Below are positions 1-9,081 of a DNA stretch of 64,000 bases, one piece after another. Origin of the DNA: Candidatus Latescibacterota bacterium (lineage in GTDB: Bacteria > Latescibacterota > UBA2968 > UBA8231); NCBI GenBank assembly GCA_965203355.1, contig OZ241889.1, positions 2,016,001 through 2,080,000 of the forward strand, in the 5' to 3' direction. The translations under genes and the position numbers were made by a program. Position 1 is the stretch's first letter. Every line of letters starts with the position of its first letter. The notes below the pieces were generated by a model. That model saw nothing but the letters and a program-made list of their open reading frames with translations. It had not been told where the DNA came from and ran no database searches.

Positions 1-704
1 GTGAGTTCAGAGACAAGCTGGAAAAGTTCCGCGGCGATATGGAGGCGTCCTTCGATGACTACGAAAAGATCTGCGAATCTATCCCTGTCAATACGAGATT
101 TCAAGAGTTACAAAAACTAGAAGCCGATCTACAGAAGAGCCTAAAATCGTTCCAACAAGAAGTACAGGATACCTCTGAAAAATGGAGTAAAAAATACTCA
201 GATATTACAGGTACCCGAGAGCGTTTTCGAGAAATATTCGACGAACTGTCCCTAGAAGCTAAAGAAAATATGCCATCGACACAGGATGCTGAGAACATTA
301 ACCAGGACATCGAAAAGCTCAAAGAAGCAGTGAATAGATTGGAGTTGTCTTCTCCCGTGCAGGAGGAATCGGGCCTCAGAGGTCAACTGACGACGATTCA
401 AAACAAGATGGACAATCTCAGTAGTCCGTGGGATTCTGAACTAATCGATTTAGTCAAACGGTTAGGTGAAAAAGAAAAATCACTAGAACAAAAACTGGCG
501 AAATTGGAAAAATTTGTCCAAGAACGCGATCTCGAGTTGGTTTGGCCACAACGGGGAGACGAATATTCGCAAGAATATCACAAAATTTTAGATGAGCGAG
601 AAGATGCTCAGATAGGCCGTGGTCAAGTAATTCAGCTAGTCGCTCCTGGATTACGCCGGGGGACTGACGTATTAATCAAGGCCGGGATTTGGCTGGCGAA
701 ATGA
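1..704 (+). CDS. Coiled-coil protein with GrpE-like C-terminal beta domain (5'-partial)
   Basis: The frame of ORF 39..704 is open back to the window edge (EFRDKLEKFRGDM...). The body is a helical E/K/L/Q-rich coiled coil. The C-terminus LVWPQRGDEYSQEYHKIL...GQVIQLVAPGLRRGTDVLIKAGIWL resembles the GrpE pattern G..FDP..H.A....G.V..V...GY....RVLRPA.V.V. Low GC. Confidence 0.6.
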   Translation, partial: EFRDKLEKFRGDMEASFDDYEKICESIPVNTRFQELQKLEADLQKSLKSFQQEVQDTSEKWSKKYSDITGTRERFREIFDELSLEAKENMPSTQDAENINQDIEKLKEAVNRLELSSPVQEESGLRGQLTTIQNKMDNLSSPWDSELIDLVKRLGEKEKSLEQKLAKLEKFVQERDLELVWPQRGDEYSQEYHKILDEREDAQIGRGQVIQLVAPGLRRGTDVLIKAGIWLAK

Positions 705-752
705 GAAAAAGGGTAACTGAAACTTGCAACTACAGCAGAGAAATCCCCTCCC

Positions 753-2384
753 ATGAATTTAGACTTCTTAGCCCAGAACAGCGATCAGATTCGGGACTTT
801 TTTGTCGTTTTCATTGTCTTGGTAGGTCTAGTCGCGCTTGTCCTATTTGTCCAAGGATACAGAAGAACGCAGACATATCGTCTCGGATTGGGTGCTGTGG
901 AGATGTGGGAGAGGTGCAATCCAGATTTTAATATAGAAGAAAAGACCGACCAATCCCCTGAAGATATTATTAAGGAAGCCAAACATCCCTTGGCTGTCTC
1001 TTGGCTCGAACGTTTTAGAGCCTTATACCGGCAAAATAGGGCTCCAGATGTAGATAGTCTTGTCGGCTCTATCGAATACGAGCTTGCCCGGTACGACGAA
1101 GTATTCCGTTCGCTTACCAGCAGCCTCATTCTATTGGGCCTACTAGGCACATTTGTTGGATTGATAATCGTGGTCATACCTATCCCGGGTATTATCCAAG
1201 GGGCGCAAATCTCACCAACATTGAATCAAGAGGTAAAAATAGAGGATGTATTTAGTACCATTCTAGAAGGACTGGGGCAGTCAGTAGAAGGAATGCCACT
1301 GGCGTTCATTACCAGCATAATAGGGCTTTTCGCTACCTTAATCCTAAATGGCTTATACAGTCTTCTATTACTCCGCACTAGGAACATATTGTTGGCAGAC
1401 ATAGAAGAGTGTTTCAACGTGAAAATCGCCCATAGGTTTGCTGTAATTCCACCACAGCTACGTTTGAGTCACACCTTTACTCGAACAGTAAACGACCTAT
1501 ACGATAAGTACTTCACTGCTCTTTCCGAATACTTAGACAAAAGACTCAAGGAAATTGCCGAAAATAACGCCCGCTTGGTTGCACTTATAGAAGAGAGCGG
1601 CACGAAGCTCAAGGAGAGTAGCGAGGCCAGTCTGAAGAGCGCGGAGATTATTGATCAGCACAAGGATACGGTAGCTGCGGGGTCGGAAAAAATAATGAGA
1701 GCGGCTATAGAGTTTTCTCGACACATCGAGAACTTTGAGCGGCTAAGCTCGCCTCTGAATGCGCTCAAGATCAGCGTCGATACTATGCTCAGGGAGAGCG
1801 AGAGACTGATGGTCCGACAATTTCAAGCCTTTGATGAGCGGATGGACAAACAATCTAAGTCATTCGAGGCGCGAATGGAGACCCTAGGAGATGGCCTAGC
1901 CGAGACTCTGGATACGATAAGAGGATTGAACGACACAGATTATCGTCCCAATTTCGTGAACATCCAGAACCTGCTCATAGCGGTCCGGCAGAGCCAAGAT
2001 GCCTTCCTCGAATTTCAGAGGAAGACGCTCAACGAGCAAGGCGAAGTGTTTGAAGGAGTCAAGAAAACCCTACAAGATGAGTTGGAAAGGTTTCGCCAAG
2101 ATCTGAATGGCTCGAACAAGGAGATAAAGTCGTTGCAGAACCAGCTAGGCCAAGTGGTAGGAGCCATCAATCAAGGATTCGAAAAAACTGGGGAGGAACT
2201 CCAAGTACTGAAAGCTATCGATTTGATGGTCCAGCAGCTCGAAGACATGAATACGACGGCGCAAGCTATAGAAACTCAGTTTGATGGTATAGCGAAATCG
2301 CCGCAAGGTATTACCGTAATATCTCGAAGAAAATGGGGTTGGAGTGGTATCCGCCGATTATTCAAGAAAAATAGCAAGAAATAG
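753..2384 (+). CDS. zorA: ZorA-like MotA/TolQ/ExbB proton-channel protein with long helical tail
   Basis: Three TM segments, with the MotA-family motifs LLGLLGTFVGL and GMPLAFITSIIG, followed by a ~330-aa coiled-coil tail. Directly upstream of a MotB/OmpA-like gene. Confidence 0.75.
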   Translation: MNLDFLAQNSDQIRDFFVVFIVLVGLVALVLFVQGYRRTQTYRLGLGAVEMWERCNPDFNIEEKTDQSPEDIIKEAKHPLAVSWLERFRALYRQNRAPDVDSLVGSIEYELARYDEVFRSLTSSLILLGLLGTFVGLIIVVIPIPGIIQGAQISPTLNQEVKIEDVFSTILEGLGQSVEGMPLAFITSIIGLFATLILNGLYSLLLLRTRNILLADIEECFNVKIAHRFAVIPPQLRLSHTFTRTVNDLYDKYFTALSEYLDKRLKEIAENNARLVALIEESGTKLKESSEASLKSAEIIDQHKDTVAAGSEKIMRAAIEFSRHIENFERLSSPLNALKISVDTMLRESERLMVRQFQAFDERMDKQSKSFEARMETLGDGLAETLDTIRGLNDTDYRPNFVNIQNLLIAVRQSQDAFLEFQRKTLNEQGEVFEGVKKTLQDELERFRQDLNGSNKEIKSLQNQLGQVVGAINQGFEKTGEELQVLKAIDLMVQQLEDMNTTAQAIETQFDGIAKSPQGITVISRRKWGWSGIRRLFKKNSKK

Positions 2385-2423
2385 CTAGAGCCATCGGCTG
2401 GATGCTTGGGAAAGCAGCCCCGG

Positions 2424-3080
2424 ATGAAAAGGAATCGCAGTAGCCATAGTGGACTCAATTTTTGGCCTTCTTTCACGGACGCAATCACGGCTATCTTCAT
2501 TTGCGTCACTTTTTTTCTTGTTGTGATGGTGATCAAAAATTATGTGGATCTGAGCCGGCTGCGGACGCTGGAAGAATTGGTAGGTAAGATAGAGAAAGAT
2601 CTCGATGAGTTAGAGGGATTTATGGTAGAGGAAGACGTCGTCGTGGAAGAAGGTACCATTGTGATGCACAGTGACATCTTGTTCTCTTTTGATAAGTCCG
2701 ATCTAGGTGATATTCCCATCGAAGGGCAAGATCGGCTCAGGCGAATAGGGCGAAAATTAAAACAGTTTATTGAAGAAAAAGATAGTAAATTGTTCAGTAT
2801 TGTGGTAGAGGGACATACCGACAGTTACGGCGAGAGGGAATACAACCGCAATCTATCCCTGAAACGATCGCAAACTGTAGTGGACTATTGGGAGCAGGTC
2901 GGTTTCACTTGGGAAGATTTCGATATAGTCCCGGTTGGCTTAGGCGAGCGTGATCTGGTTGTCCTAACCGGAACAAAGGAGGAACAGTCCCCTAATCGAC
3001 GTATCGTGATCCGGTTGGTGCCTAAATTTAGCCAACTAATCCAGAGCCTACAGGAGCAGAACATCCTACTGAGGGATTAG
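2424..3080 (+). CDS. zorB: ZorB-like MotB/OmpA-family protein
   Basis: N-terminal FWPSFTD carries the conserved TM Asp, followed by one TM helix. OmpA-like peptidoglycan-binding motifs VEGHTDS, NRNLSLKRSQTV and NRRIVI. Start is ATG 2424 or TTG 2406. Confidence 0.75.
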   Translation: MKRNRSSHSGLNFWPSFTDAITAIFICVTFFLVVMVIKNYVDLSRLRTLEELVGKIEKDLDELEGFMVEEDVVVEEGTIVMHSDILFSFDKSDLGDIPIEGQDRLRRIGRKLKQFIEEKDSKLFSIVVEGHTDSYGEREYNRNLSLKRSQTVVDYWEQVGFTWEDFDIVPVGLGERDLVVLTGTKEEQSPNRRIVIRLVPKFSQLIQSLQEQNILLRD

Positions 3081-3248
3081 CAGCACTCTGTCATTCAACC
3101 TCTTTATTGTGGCGTCGGGCGGTAAGGATTGTTCGGCGCGATCGCGAAAGAATTGGAGAGCCTCCAGACGCCCACTTCCGCGACGATTTTCACCCTGACA
3201 TAGCTGTTGCAAGATCGAGAAGTAGCGGGCGATATGGGCTGGGCGCCC

Positions 3249-3278
3249 TTGACAGATTTCAACGCAGCCCTTTAAACT
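3249..3278 (+). promoter_or_regulatory. Sigma70-type promoter of the B12 operon
   Basis: TTGACA (3249-3254), 18 nt spacer, TAAACT (3273-3278), just upstream of the riboswitch. Confidence 0.65.
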
Positions 3279-3287
3279 TGAGTAAAC

Positions 3288-3478
3288 AACGGCGCAGGTG
3301 CCCGCTGCTGCATGGCAGTGGGAGAATAGGGAAGGCAGTGCAAATCTGCCGCGGTCCCGCCACTGTGACCGGTTGACGGCTTAGGGGTCGTCGCGTCCCC
3401 GACATCAGCCACTGATCCGCATGCGGATCGGGAAGGAGTCGGGCGGCATATAACCGGAAGTCAGGAGACCTGCCTGCG
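3288..3478 (+). ncRNA. Cobalamin (AdoCbl) riboswitch
   Basis: Canonical elements in order: AGGTG..., AATAGGGAA, GGCAGTGCAAATCTGCC, GCGGTCCCGCCACTGT, GCCACTG...GGGAAG and the B12 box GAAGTCAGGAGACCTGCC. Lies upstream of a TonB receptor, PduO and ABC transporter. Confidence 0.95.
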
Positions 3479-3521
3479 ACCGAGGTGAACGACACCCTTC
3501 GGCAGAAAGGTTGGTCCGCCG

Positions 3522-5783
3522 GTGCCTAGCACAAGCTTTCCGACCCGCACTCATTCGAGGGCGGGCTTTTTTATTGTTTTCATCGTACTGGCCCTGCATC
3601 CCGAGGCCCTCTTGGCCGGGTCGCTACAGGGCCGATTGCTCGACCCAGACGCGGAACGCCCCGTGCCCGGTGCCGTATTGACGCTGCTAAGTGCTCCATC
3701 CGGCGCAATCCATTCCGTCCGCAGCGATACCACCGGCTCCTTCCGTCTCGAAAATCTGTCGCCAGGCACTTGGGATTTGCGGGTGGAGCGGCTGGGCTAC
3801 CGGCCTCTGCACAGCCAGATCCAGATCGGCGTGGCGCCCACCTCAGTCGAGTTGCATCTGCAATCCCGGCCCATGCTCATGGACGAGTTGGTGGTCCGCG
3901 CCCGGCGCGACCCCGAGGGCAAGCACGTTGCCTCTTTTGTCGAAACCATTGTCTTAGGTGCCCGGCGCACGCCCGGCGCGGACTTGGCTCAGACGCTCGA
4001 CCGCGCTACCGGCGTCAACATCCGCCGCTACGGCGGGTTGGGCAGTTTTAGCACCTTTTCCATTCGCGGGTCCACGGCCGAACAGGTGCAAGTTTTTCTC
4101 GATGGGATGCCGCTCAACTCGGCTGTTGGTGGCGGCGTGGATCTAGGCGGCTTGCCCATCGGCGGCGTTGAAAGCGTCGATATATACCGGGGTGCGGTGC
4201 CCGCACGCTTTGGCGGCAACAGTCTCGGGGGGGTGGTTCACATTCGCACGCAACCGCTCGGTGGCAAAGTCCGCCGGGGCTTGCACACGGCGTCTGGTTC
4301 GCACGGTACCCGCCAACTGGGTGCTTCGCTCAGCGGCCCGTATAAGGGGTGGGAATACTTGGGCTTGGTCAACTACCGAGCCAGCCGCAACGACTTTCGC
4401 TTTTGGGACGACAACGGCACCGAGTACAACGCTCGAGACGACGGCTGGGCGCGCCGGCTCAACAGCGATTTTCGCGGCTTGCGCGGCTTGGCCAAAATCG
4501 GGCGCGGCTGGGGCGCGAGTCGCTTGCAGATTCACAACACTTTTGACCTGAGCTACAAAGGCATCCCCGGCCTTGGCAACAACCAGTCCCTACACACGCG
4601 CTACGACACGTGGCGGCACAGTGCCGAAGCGGTGCTCTTCGGCCCACTGGGCGATGGCCGCGCTGGATACCGAATCAAAGCCCATCACTCGCGCCAAAAA
4701 GACGAGTACCAAGATCGGCGCGGCGAAGTGGGCTTGGGCCGCCAGCACGACCGCAACATCACCCAGCGTTTGGGGCTGCGCGGCGCGGTGAATGCGCTCC
4801 TGCCCGGTGAGCCTCTGCTGACCGCTTTTGTCGCGGCGCGGCGCGAGACCTTTGCACCCGACGATCGGCTTCGCCCTGAAAGTCGGCTCTTGCGCAGTCG
4901 CCGCCGGGCGCTGGCGGTCGGCACCGAGGTGGAGGTGCCGTTGGGACCGCGCTTGACGCTCCAGGCTGGCACGCAGGCCGAAGGGCTTGACGACCGCTTT
5001 TTCGAGCGGAAGAACTTCGCGCCGAGCGCGGTGTTGCCGCGCCGCAACAACGGCGTAATCCTGTGGGGCTATCGCCTGGGGGGGGCCTTGGATTTAGGGG
5101 CTGGTTTGGTGCTCAAAGCCCACAATGGCCGCTATCAGCGTGCGCCCAATTTCTTTGAACTGTTCGGCGACCGCGGCGCGGTAATCGGCAATACCAACCT
5201 CGTCAGCGAAGAAGGGCACCACTGGGATGTGGGTTTGGTTTTTCGCGGTTCCGCCGCTGGCGTGGGACTGGGGCTGGCCGAGGTCGCGTACTACCACAAT
5301 CGCGTCGAAGACCTCATTCGCTTCATGCAAAACTCACAGCGGGTGTCGAGGCCCTACAATATGGGGGGGGCCTTGCTGCGCGGCGTGGAAACGCGGGTTG
5401 AGGCGCGGCTGTTGCCCAGGCTCGCGCTCCGCGGCAACTACGCGTACCAACGCGCCGAAAACCGCACTCCGCTCTCTTTTGAACGGGGCCATGACCTGCC
5501 CGGGGCGCCGCGCCATCGGCTCAATACGCGCCTCTCCCTCGGCTTGGGCCGCGCTGACATCTACGGCGAATTCAGCCGCGAAAGCCAGCATTTTCTCGAC
5601 CGGGCCAATCTGCGCCCCGTGCCCGTGCGCGCCTGGTACAATCTCGGCGGCACTACGCCGCTGGGCGCGGGCATCGCTTTGTCTTGGGAGCTGCGCAATC
5701 TGACCGACAATCAAATAGCCGATCTGTGGGGCTATCCGCTGCCGGGCCGCTCGTATGGGGTTTCCGTGCATTATAACCGCTAA
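3522..5783 (+). CDS. btuB: TonB-dependent receptor, probable cobalamin transporter
   Basis: N-terminal carboxypeptidase-regulatory-like domain. Plug motifs SIRGSTAEQVQVFLDG and VESVDIYRG...GGVVHIRT. Barrel end NLTDNQ...YPLPGRSYGVSVHY. Directly after the riboswitch. Confidence 0.85.
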   Translation: MPSTSFPTRTHSRAGFFIVFIVLALHPEALLAGSLQGRLLDPDAERPVPGAVLTLLSAPSGAIHSVRSDTTGSFRLENLSPGTWDLRVERLGYRPLHSQIQIGVAPTSVELHLQSRPMLMDELVVRARRDPEGKHVASFVETIVLGARRTPGADLAQTLDRATGVNIRRYGGLGSFSTFSIRGSTAEQVQVFLDGMPLNSAVGGGVDLGGLPIGGVESVDIYRGAVPARFGGNSLGGVVHIRTQPLGGKVRRGLHTASGSHGTRQLGASLSGPYKGWEYLGLVNYRASRNDFRFWDDNGTEYNARDDGWARRLNSDFRGLRGLAKIGRGWGASRLQIHNTFDLSYKGIPGLGNNQSLHTRYDTWRHSAEAVLFGPLGDGRAGYRIKAHHSRQKDEYQDRRGEVGLGRQHDRNITQRLGLRGAVNALLPGEPLLTAFVAARRETFAPDDRLRPESRLLRSRRRALAVGTEVEVPLGPRLTLQAGTQAEGLDDRFFERKNFAPSAVLPRRNNGVILWGYRLGGALDLGAGLVLKAHNGRYQRAPNFFELFGDRGAVIGNTNLVSEEGHHWDVGLVFRGSAAGVGLGLAEVAYYHNRVEDLIRFMQNSQRVSRPYNMGGALLRGVETRVEARLLPRLALRGNYAYQRAENRTPLSFERGHDLPGAPRHRLNTRLSLGLGRADIYGEFSRESQHFLDRANLRPVPVRAWYNLGGTTPLGAGIALSWELRNLTDNQIADLWGYPLPGRSYGVSVHYNR
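3544..3574 (+). terminator. Intrinsic terminator-like hairpin (probable riboswitch expression platform)
   Basis: CCCGC-ACTC-ATTC-GAG-G-GCGGG followed by CTTTTTTATT, ~65 nt after the B12 box. Confidence 0.55.
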
Positions 5784-5798
5784 CTGAGGAGGATTTTT

Positions 5799-7205
5799 GT
5801 GTCTCGCATTTCCATTTTAGCCGTATCTGTCTTGCTGCTGGCCCACTCGTCTTCGGCGCAGCGCGATCTCTTCGTCATCACCACGGACTTTGCTACCGGC
5901 AGCACGGCCTTTTTGGCCGCGAATGCGGCGGCGGCCGAGGTGAATTTGTTGGGCATTCACTCGGATGCCATGGGGCACTACCACGATGGCCGCGTCTATA
6001 TCGTCAACCGCCTAGGACAGGACAATGTCTTGGTGCTGGACGCGCTGGATTTGCATGCGCCGCTGACGCAGTTTTCGGTCGGCAATGGCACCAACCCGCA
6101 CGACATTGAAATCGTCGCACCCGACAAGGCGTATGTAACGCGCTACGAGACGGCGTCTTTGCTGATCGTCAATCCCCAAAACGGCGCGGAATGGGGTCAA
6201 ATCGATCTGAGCGCGTTTGCCGATGCCGATGGCCTGCCCGAAGTGGCGCAAATCGTCCGCGTGGGCGATCGGCTCTACTTGAGCTGTCAGCGGCTCGACC
6301 GCGACGGTGGGTGGGGACCGGCTGACGTCAGCTACCTGATCGTCGTCGATCTCACCCGCGACGCGCTGGTGGATGTGGACCCGGATGTCGAGGGCGTACA
6401 GGGCATTGCGCTGCGTGCGGCCAACCCCAACAGCATGGCCGTGATCGGCGAACAGATTGCCGTGGGGGTAGCAGTCGGTTTTGGCGATCGGGCCGGCGGC
6501 GTGGAAATCGTCGATACGGCGACCAACCGCAGCCTGGGGCTGGCCGTCAGTGAAGAGGACTTGGGTGGCGATATTACATCCATGATACTCGTCGATCACA
6601 ACCGAGGCTATGCTGTGGTGGCGGACGAAAATTTCGCCAACAGCGTCCGGCCCTTTGAATTGTCCAGCGGTGCGGTGGGCGTTCCCTTGGAAAATGTCAG
6701 CGGCGGCTACATCCCCAGCTTGGCGGTAGATGGCGACCGCTTGATCGTCGCCGATCGCGGCAGTTTCGCCGACCCAGCCAGCGCCGGGCTCAAGTTCTAC
6801 GACGCGGCCACGGGCGCGTTCCTGAGCGGCCCCATCGACACCGGCCTACCGCCGCAGGACATCGTGGTCTTGGGCGATGCGGCCGTTCCCACGGCCGTGG
6901 CCGAGACAGCCGACCGCTTGCCGCCGGCATTCGCCTTGGCAGCGGCCTATCCCAACCCCTTCAACGCTTCGGTGCAGATTCCCTTTGCGGTCTGGCAGGT
7001 CCACGCCCCGGTCGAGTTGACTGTCCACGACGTTTTGGGCCGCCCCGTCCGCACGCTGGCTTCTGGTGCGGTCGCGGCTGGACGACATGTTTTCCACTGG
7101 GATGGTCGCAATGCCGCCGGTGAGCCGGTCGGCAACGGCGCGTATCTGGTGCAGTTGCGCGCTGGCAGTCAACGGGCGGTGGCCAAGGTGATGTTGATTA
7201 AATGA
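5799..7205 (+). CDS. Secreted YncE-like beta-propeller with C-terminal FlgD-Ig/T9SS-like sorting domain (BtuG-like candidate)
   Basis: Signal peptide; propeller blades (GRVYIVNR, NPHDIEIVAPDKAYVTRY, GDRLYLSCQ); C-terminal AYPNPFN...WDGRNAAGEPVGNGAYL. Confidence 0.7.
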   Translation: MSRISILAVSVLLLAHSSSAQRDLFVITTDFATGSTAFLAANAAAAEVNLLGIHSDAMGHYHDGRVYIVNRLGQDNVLVLDALDLHAPLTQFSVGNGTNPHDIEIVAPDKAYVTRYETASLLIVNPQNGAEWGQIDLSAFADADGLPEVAQIVRVGDRLYLSCQRLDRDGGWGPADVSYLIVVDLTRDALVDVDPDVEGVQGIALRAANPNSMAVIGEQIAVGVAVGFGDRAGGVEIVDTATNRSLGLAVSEEDLGGDITSMILVDHNRGYAVVADENFANSVRPFELSSGAVGVPLENVSGGYIPSLAVDGDRLIVADRGSFADPASAGLKFYDAATGAFLSGPIDTGLPPQDIVVLGDAAVPTAVAETADRLPPAFALAAAYPNPFNASVQIPFAVWQVHAPVELTVHDVLGRPVRTLASGAVAAGRHVFHWDGRNAAGEPVGNGAYLVQLRAGSQRAVAKVMLIK

Positions 7206-7235
7206 GCGGGCAAATAAACAAGAAAGGCAACAGGC

Positions 7236-7799
7236 ATGGTTACGCTATCTAAGCTCTACACTAAGACGGGCGACGGCGGCACGACGCGGCTCGGCGATAT
7301 GTCGCAAGTGCCCAAGACCAGTGCTCGCATCGCCGCTTATGGATGCGTGGATGAACTGAACTCGGTGATTGGGCTGGCGCGGGCCAGCGGTGCTGTGCGC
7401 GACGACGTGCTCGCCCGGGTGCAAAACGATCTCTTCGATTTGGGGGCCGATTTGTGCGTTCCGCTGGCCGATGGGGCCGAAGAACGCCTGCGCGTACAGC
7501 CGCAGCAGGTCCTTTTCCTAGAGCGGCAAATTGACGATCTCACGTGCGATTTGGCGCCATTGCGGAGCTTTATCTTGCCCGGGGGACGGCTTCCCGCGGC
7601 TTGGCTTCACTTGGCGCGGACGGTGTGTCGCCGCGCCGAGCGGGCCGTTTGGCAACTCGCCGAGCAAGAGCCGGTCGGCCCGCCGGTTTTGCAGTACCTC
7701 AACCGGCTCTCCGACTTGCTGTTCGCGCTGGCGCGGGCTGCCAACGATGGTGGGGCGGCGGATGTGTTGTGGGAGCCGGGGGCGGGGAGTGGTCAGTAG
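7236..7799 (+). CDS. pduO: ATP:cob(I)alamin adenosyltransferase (PduO type)
   Basis: KLYTKTGDGGTT, AYGCVDELNS, QNDLFDLGADL, FILPGG, ARTVCRRAER, YLNRLSDLLF. Confidence 0.95.
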   Translation: MVTLSKLYTKTGDGGTTRLGDMSQVPKTSARIAAYGCVDELNSVIGLARASGAVRDDVLARVQNDLFDLGADLCVPLADGAEERLRVQPQQVLFLERQIDDLTCDLAPLRSFILPGGRLPAAWLHLARTVCRRAERAVWQLAEQEPVGPPVLQYLNRLSDLLFALARAANDGGAADVLWEPGAGSGQ

Positions 7800-7904
7800 C
7801 CAGTAGCCAGTAGCCAGTGGCCAGTCCCCTATCTCCCCGTCCCTTTTGAGGTAAGGCCGGGTCGAAACTGACCACTGACCACAGATCACTGACCACTGAC
7901 CACT
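7788..7904. repeat. Bipartite inverted heptamer tandem repeat, copy 1
   Basis: Left arm 5x AGT(A/G)G(C/T)C at 7788-7822, a spacer, then right arm 5x ACTGACC-like at 7867-7901. The arms are imperfect reverse complements. The RBS AAGGAG follows immediately. Confidence 0.9.
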
Positions 7905-7917
7905 AAGGAGACATTCG

Positions 7918-9075
7918 ATGGACAAAGTGTATTTTTGGCTCGGGCTGGCTTTTGGCGCGGCCGCGGCGAGCGGGGCCGATTGCGGCGATACCTACGATCC
8001 GGCGCAGGATTATTTTCCCCACAAGGTCGAGTTGCAATACGCCGAGAGCTTTGCGATTGAGTATTTCAACCATTACAAAGTGATCACCGTGCGTACTCCG
8101 TGGCCCGGTGCCGAAGAAGCGGTCCAGTACTTATTGGTCCAATGCGGTACGCCCGCACCCGACGGGTACGATGGCGTTCAGCGCATCACCGTGCCCATTC
8201 GCCGTCTCGCGGCCTTATCGACCACGCAACTGCCGCACCTCGAATTGCTCAATGCGCTCGAAAGCCTAGTCGCCGTCAGCGACATTGAGATGGTAAATTC
8301 GCCCGGCGTCAACCAGCGTTTTGCGGCGGGCAAAATCGCCGAAATTGGCCACGGTGCCGAGGTTAATCTCGAGGTAGTGCTGGCATTGGCGCCCGACGTG
8401 GTGATGACCGTGGCTTCGGCTCAATCCCGGTACAACGCCCATCCGGTCTTGCAGCAAGCCGGCGTGGCCGCGGTCGTCAACGCCGAATACACCGAGCCTT
8501 CGCTTTTGGGCCGCACGGAATGGCTCAAGTTCACGGCGGCCTTTTTCAACGCCGAGGCTTTGGCGGCAACGCGCTTTGCGGATATTGTGGCTCAGTACCA
8601 GCAATACGCGGCTTTGGTGCAGGATGTGCCCAGGGGCCAACGCCCTACGGTGTTCGGCGGCTCGCTCTGGCGCGACACTTGGCACGTTGCCGGCGGCAAA
8701 AGCTATGCGGCGCAGTTGATCGCGGCGGCCGGCGGCGCGTACCTGTGGGCCGACGACGATTCCAAAGGGAGCTTGCCCTTGGACTTTGAGGCCGTGTACG
8801 AAAAGGCCCACCTGGCCGATGTGTGGCTGACCATGCGCAACGAATGGCATTCGCTGGCCGAGGTGCAGGCGGCGGACGAGCGCTATGGCGCGTTTGCCGC
8901 GTTTGCCAACGGCCGAGTGTACAATGCCAATGCGCGGCTCAACGCGCATGGCGGCAACGACTACTGGGAAAGCGGCTTGGTCGAACCCCATGTTGTGCTG
9001 GCTGATTTCATACAAATCCTGCATCCCGACCGCCTGCCGGAACACGCGCTCAAGTTCCATAAAAAGCTAGACTGA
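7918..9075 (+). CDS. ABC transporter periplasmic cobalamin/Fe-complex-binding protein
   Basis: VPIRRLAALSTTQ, NLEVVLALAPDVV, EYTEPSLLGRTEWLKF, NDYWESG...PHVVLAD; within the B12 operon. Confidence 0.85.
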   Translation: MDKVYFWLGLAFGAAAASGADCGDTYDPAQDYFPHKVELQYAESFAIEYFNHYKVITVRTPWPGAEEAVQYLLVQCGTPAPDGYDGVQRITVPIRRLAALSTTQLPHLELLNALESLVAVSDIEMVNSPGVNQRFAAGKIAEIGHGAEVNLEVVLALAPDVVMTVASAQSRYNAHPVLQQAGVAAVVNAEYTEPSLLGRTEWLKFTAAFFNAEALAATRFADIVAQYQQYAALVQDVPRGQRPTVFGGSLWRDTWHVAGGKSYAAQLIAAAGGAYLWADDDSKGSLPLDFEAVYEKAHLADVWLTMRNEWHSLAEVQAADERYGAFAAFANGRVYNANARLNAHGGNDYWESGLVEPHVVLADFIQILHPDRLPEHALKFHKKLD

Positions 9076-9081
9076 GAAGCT

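Noticed and set aside
753-3080. Flagellar MotAB or ExbBD/TolQR
   Set aside because: The long cytoplasmic tail, low-GC context and absence of flagellar, TonB or Tol neighbours fit ZorAB better.
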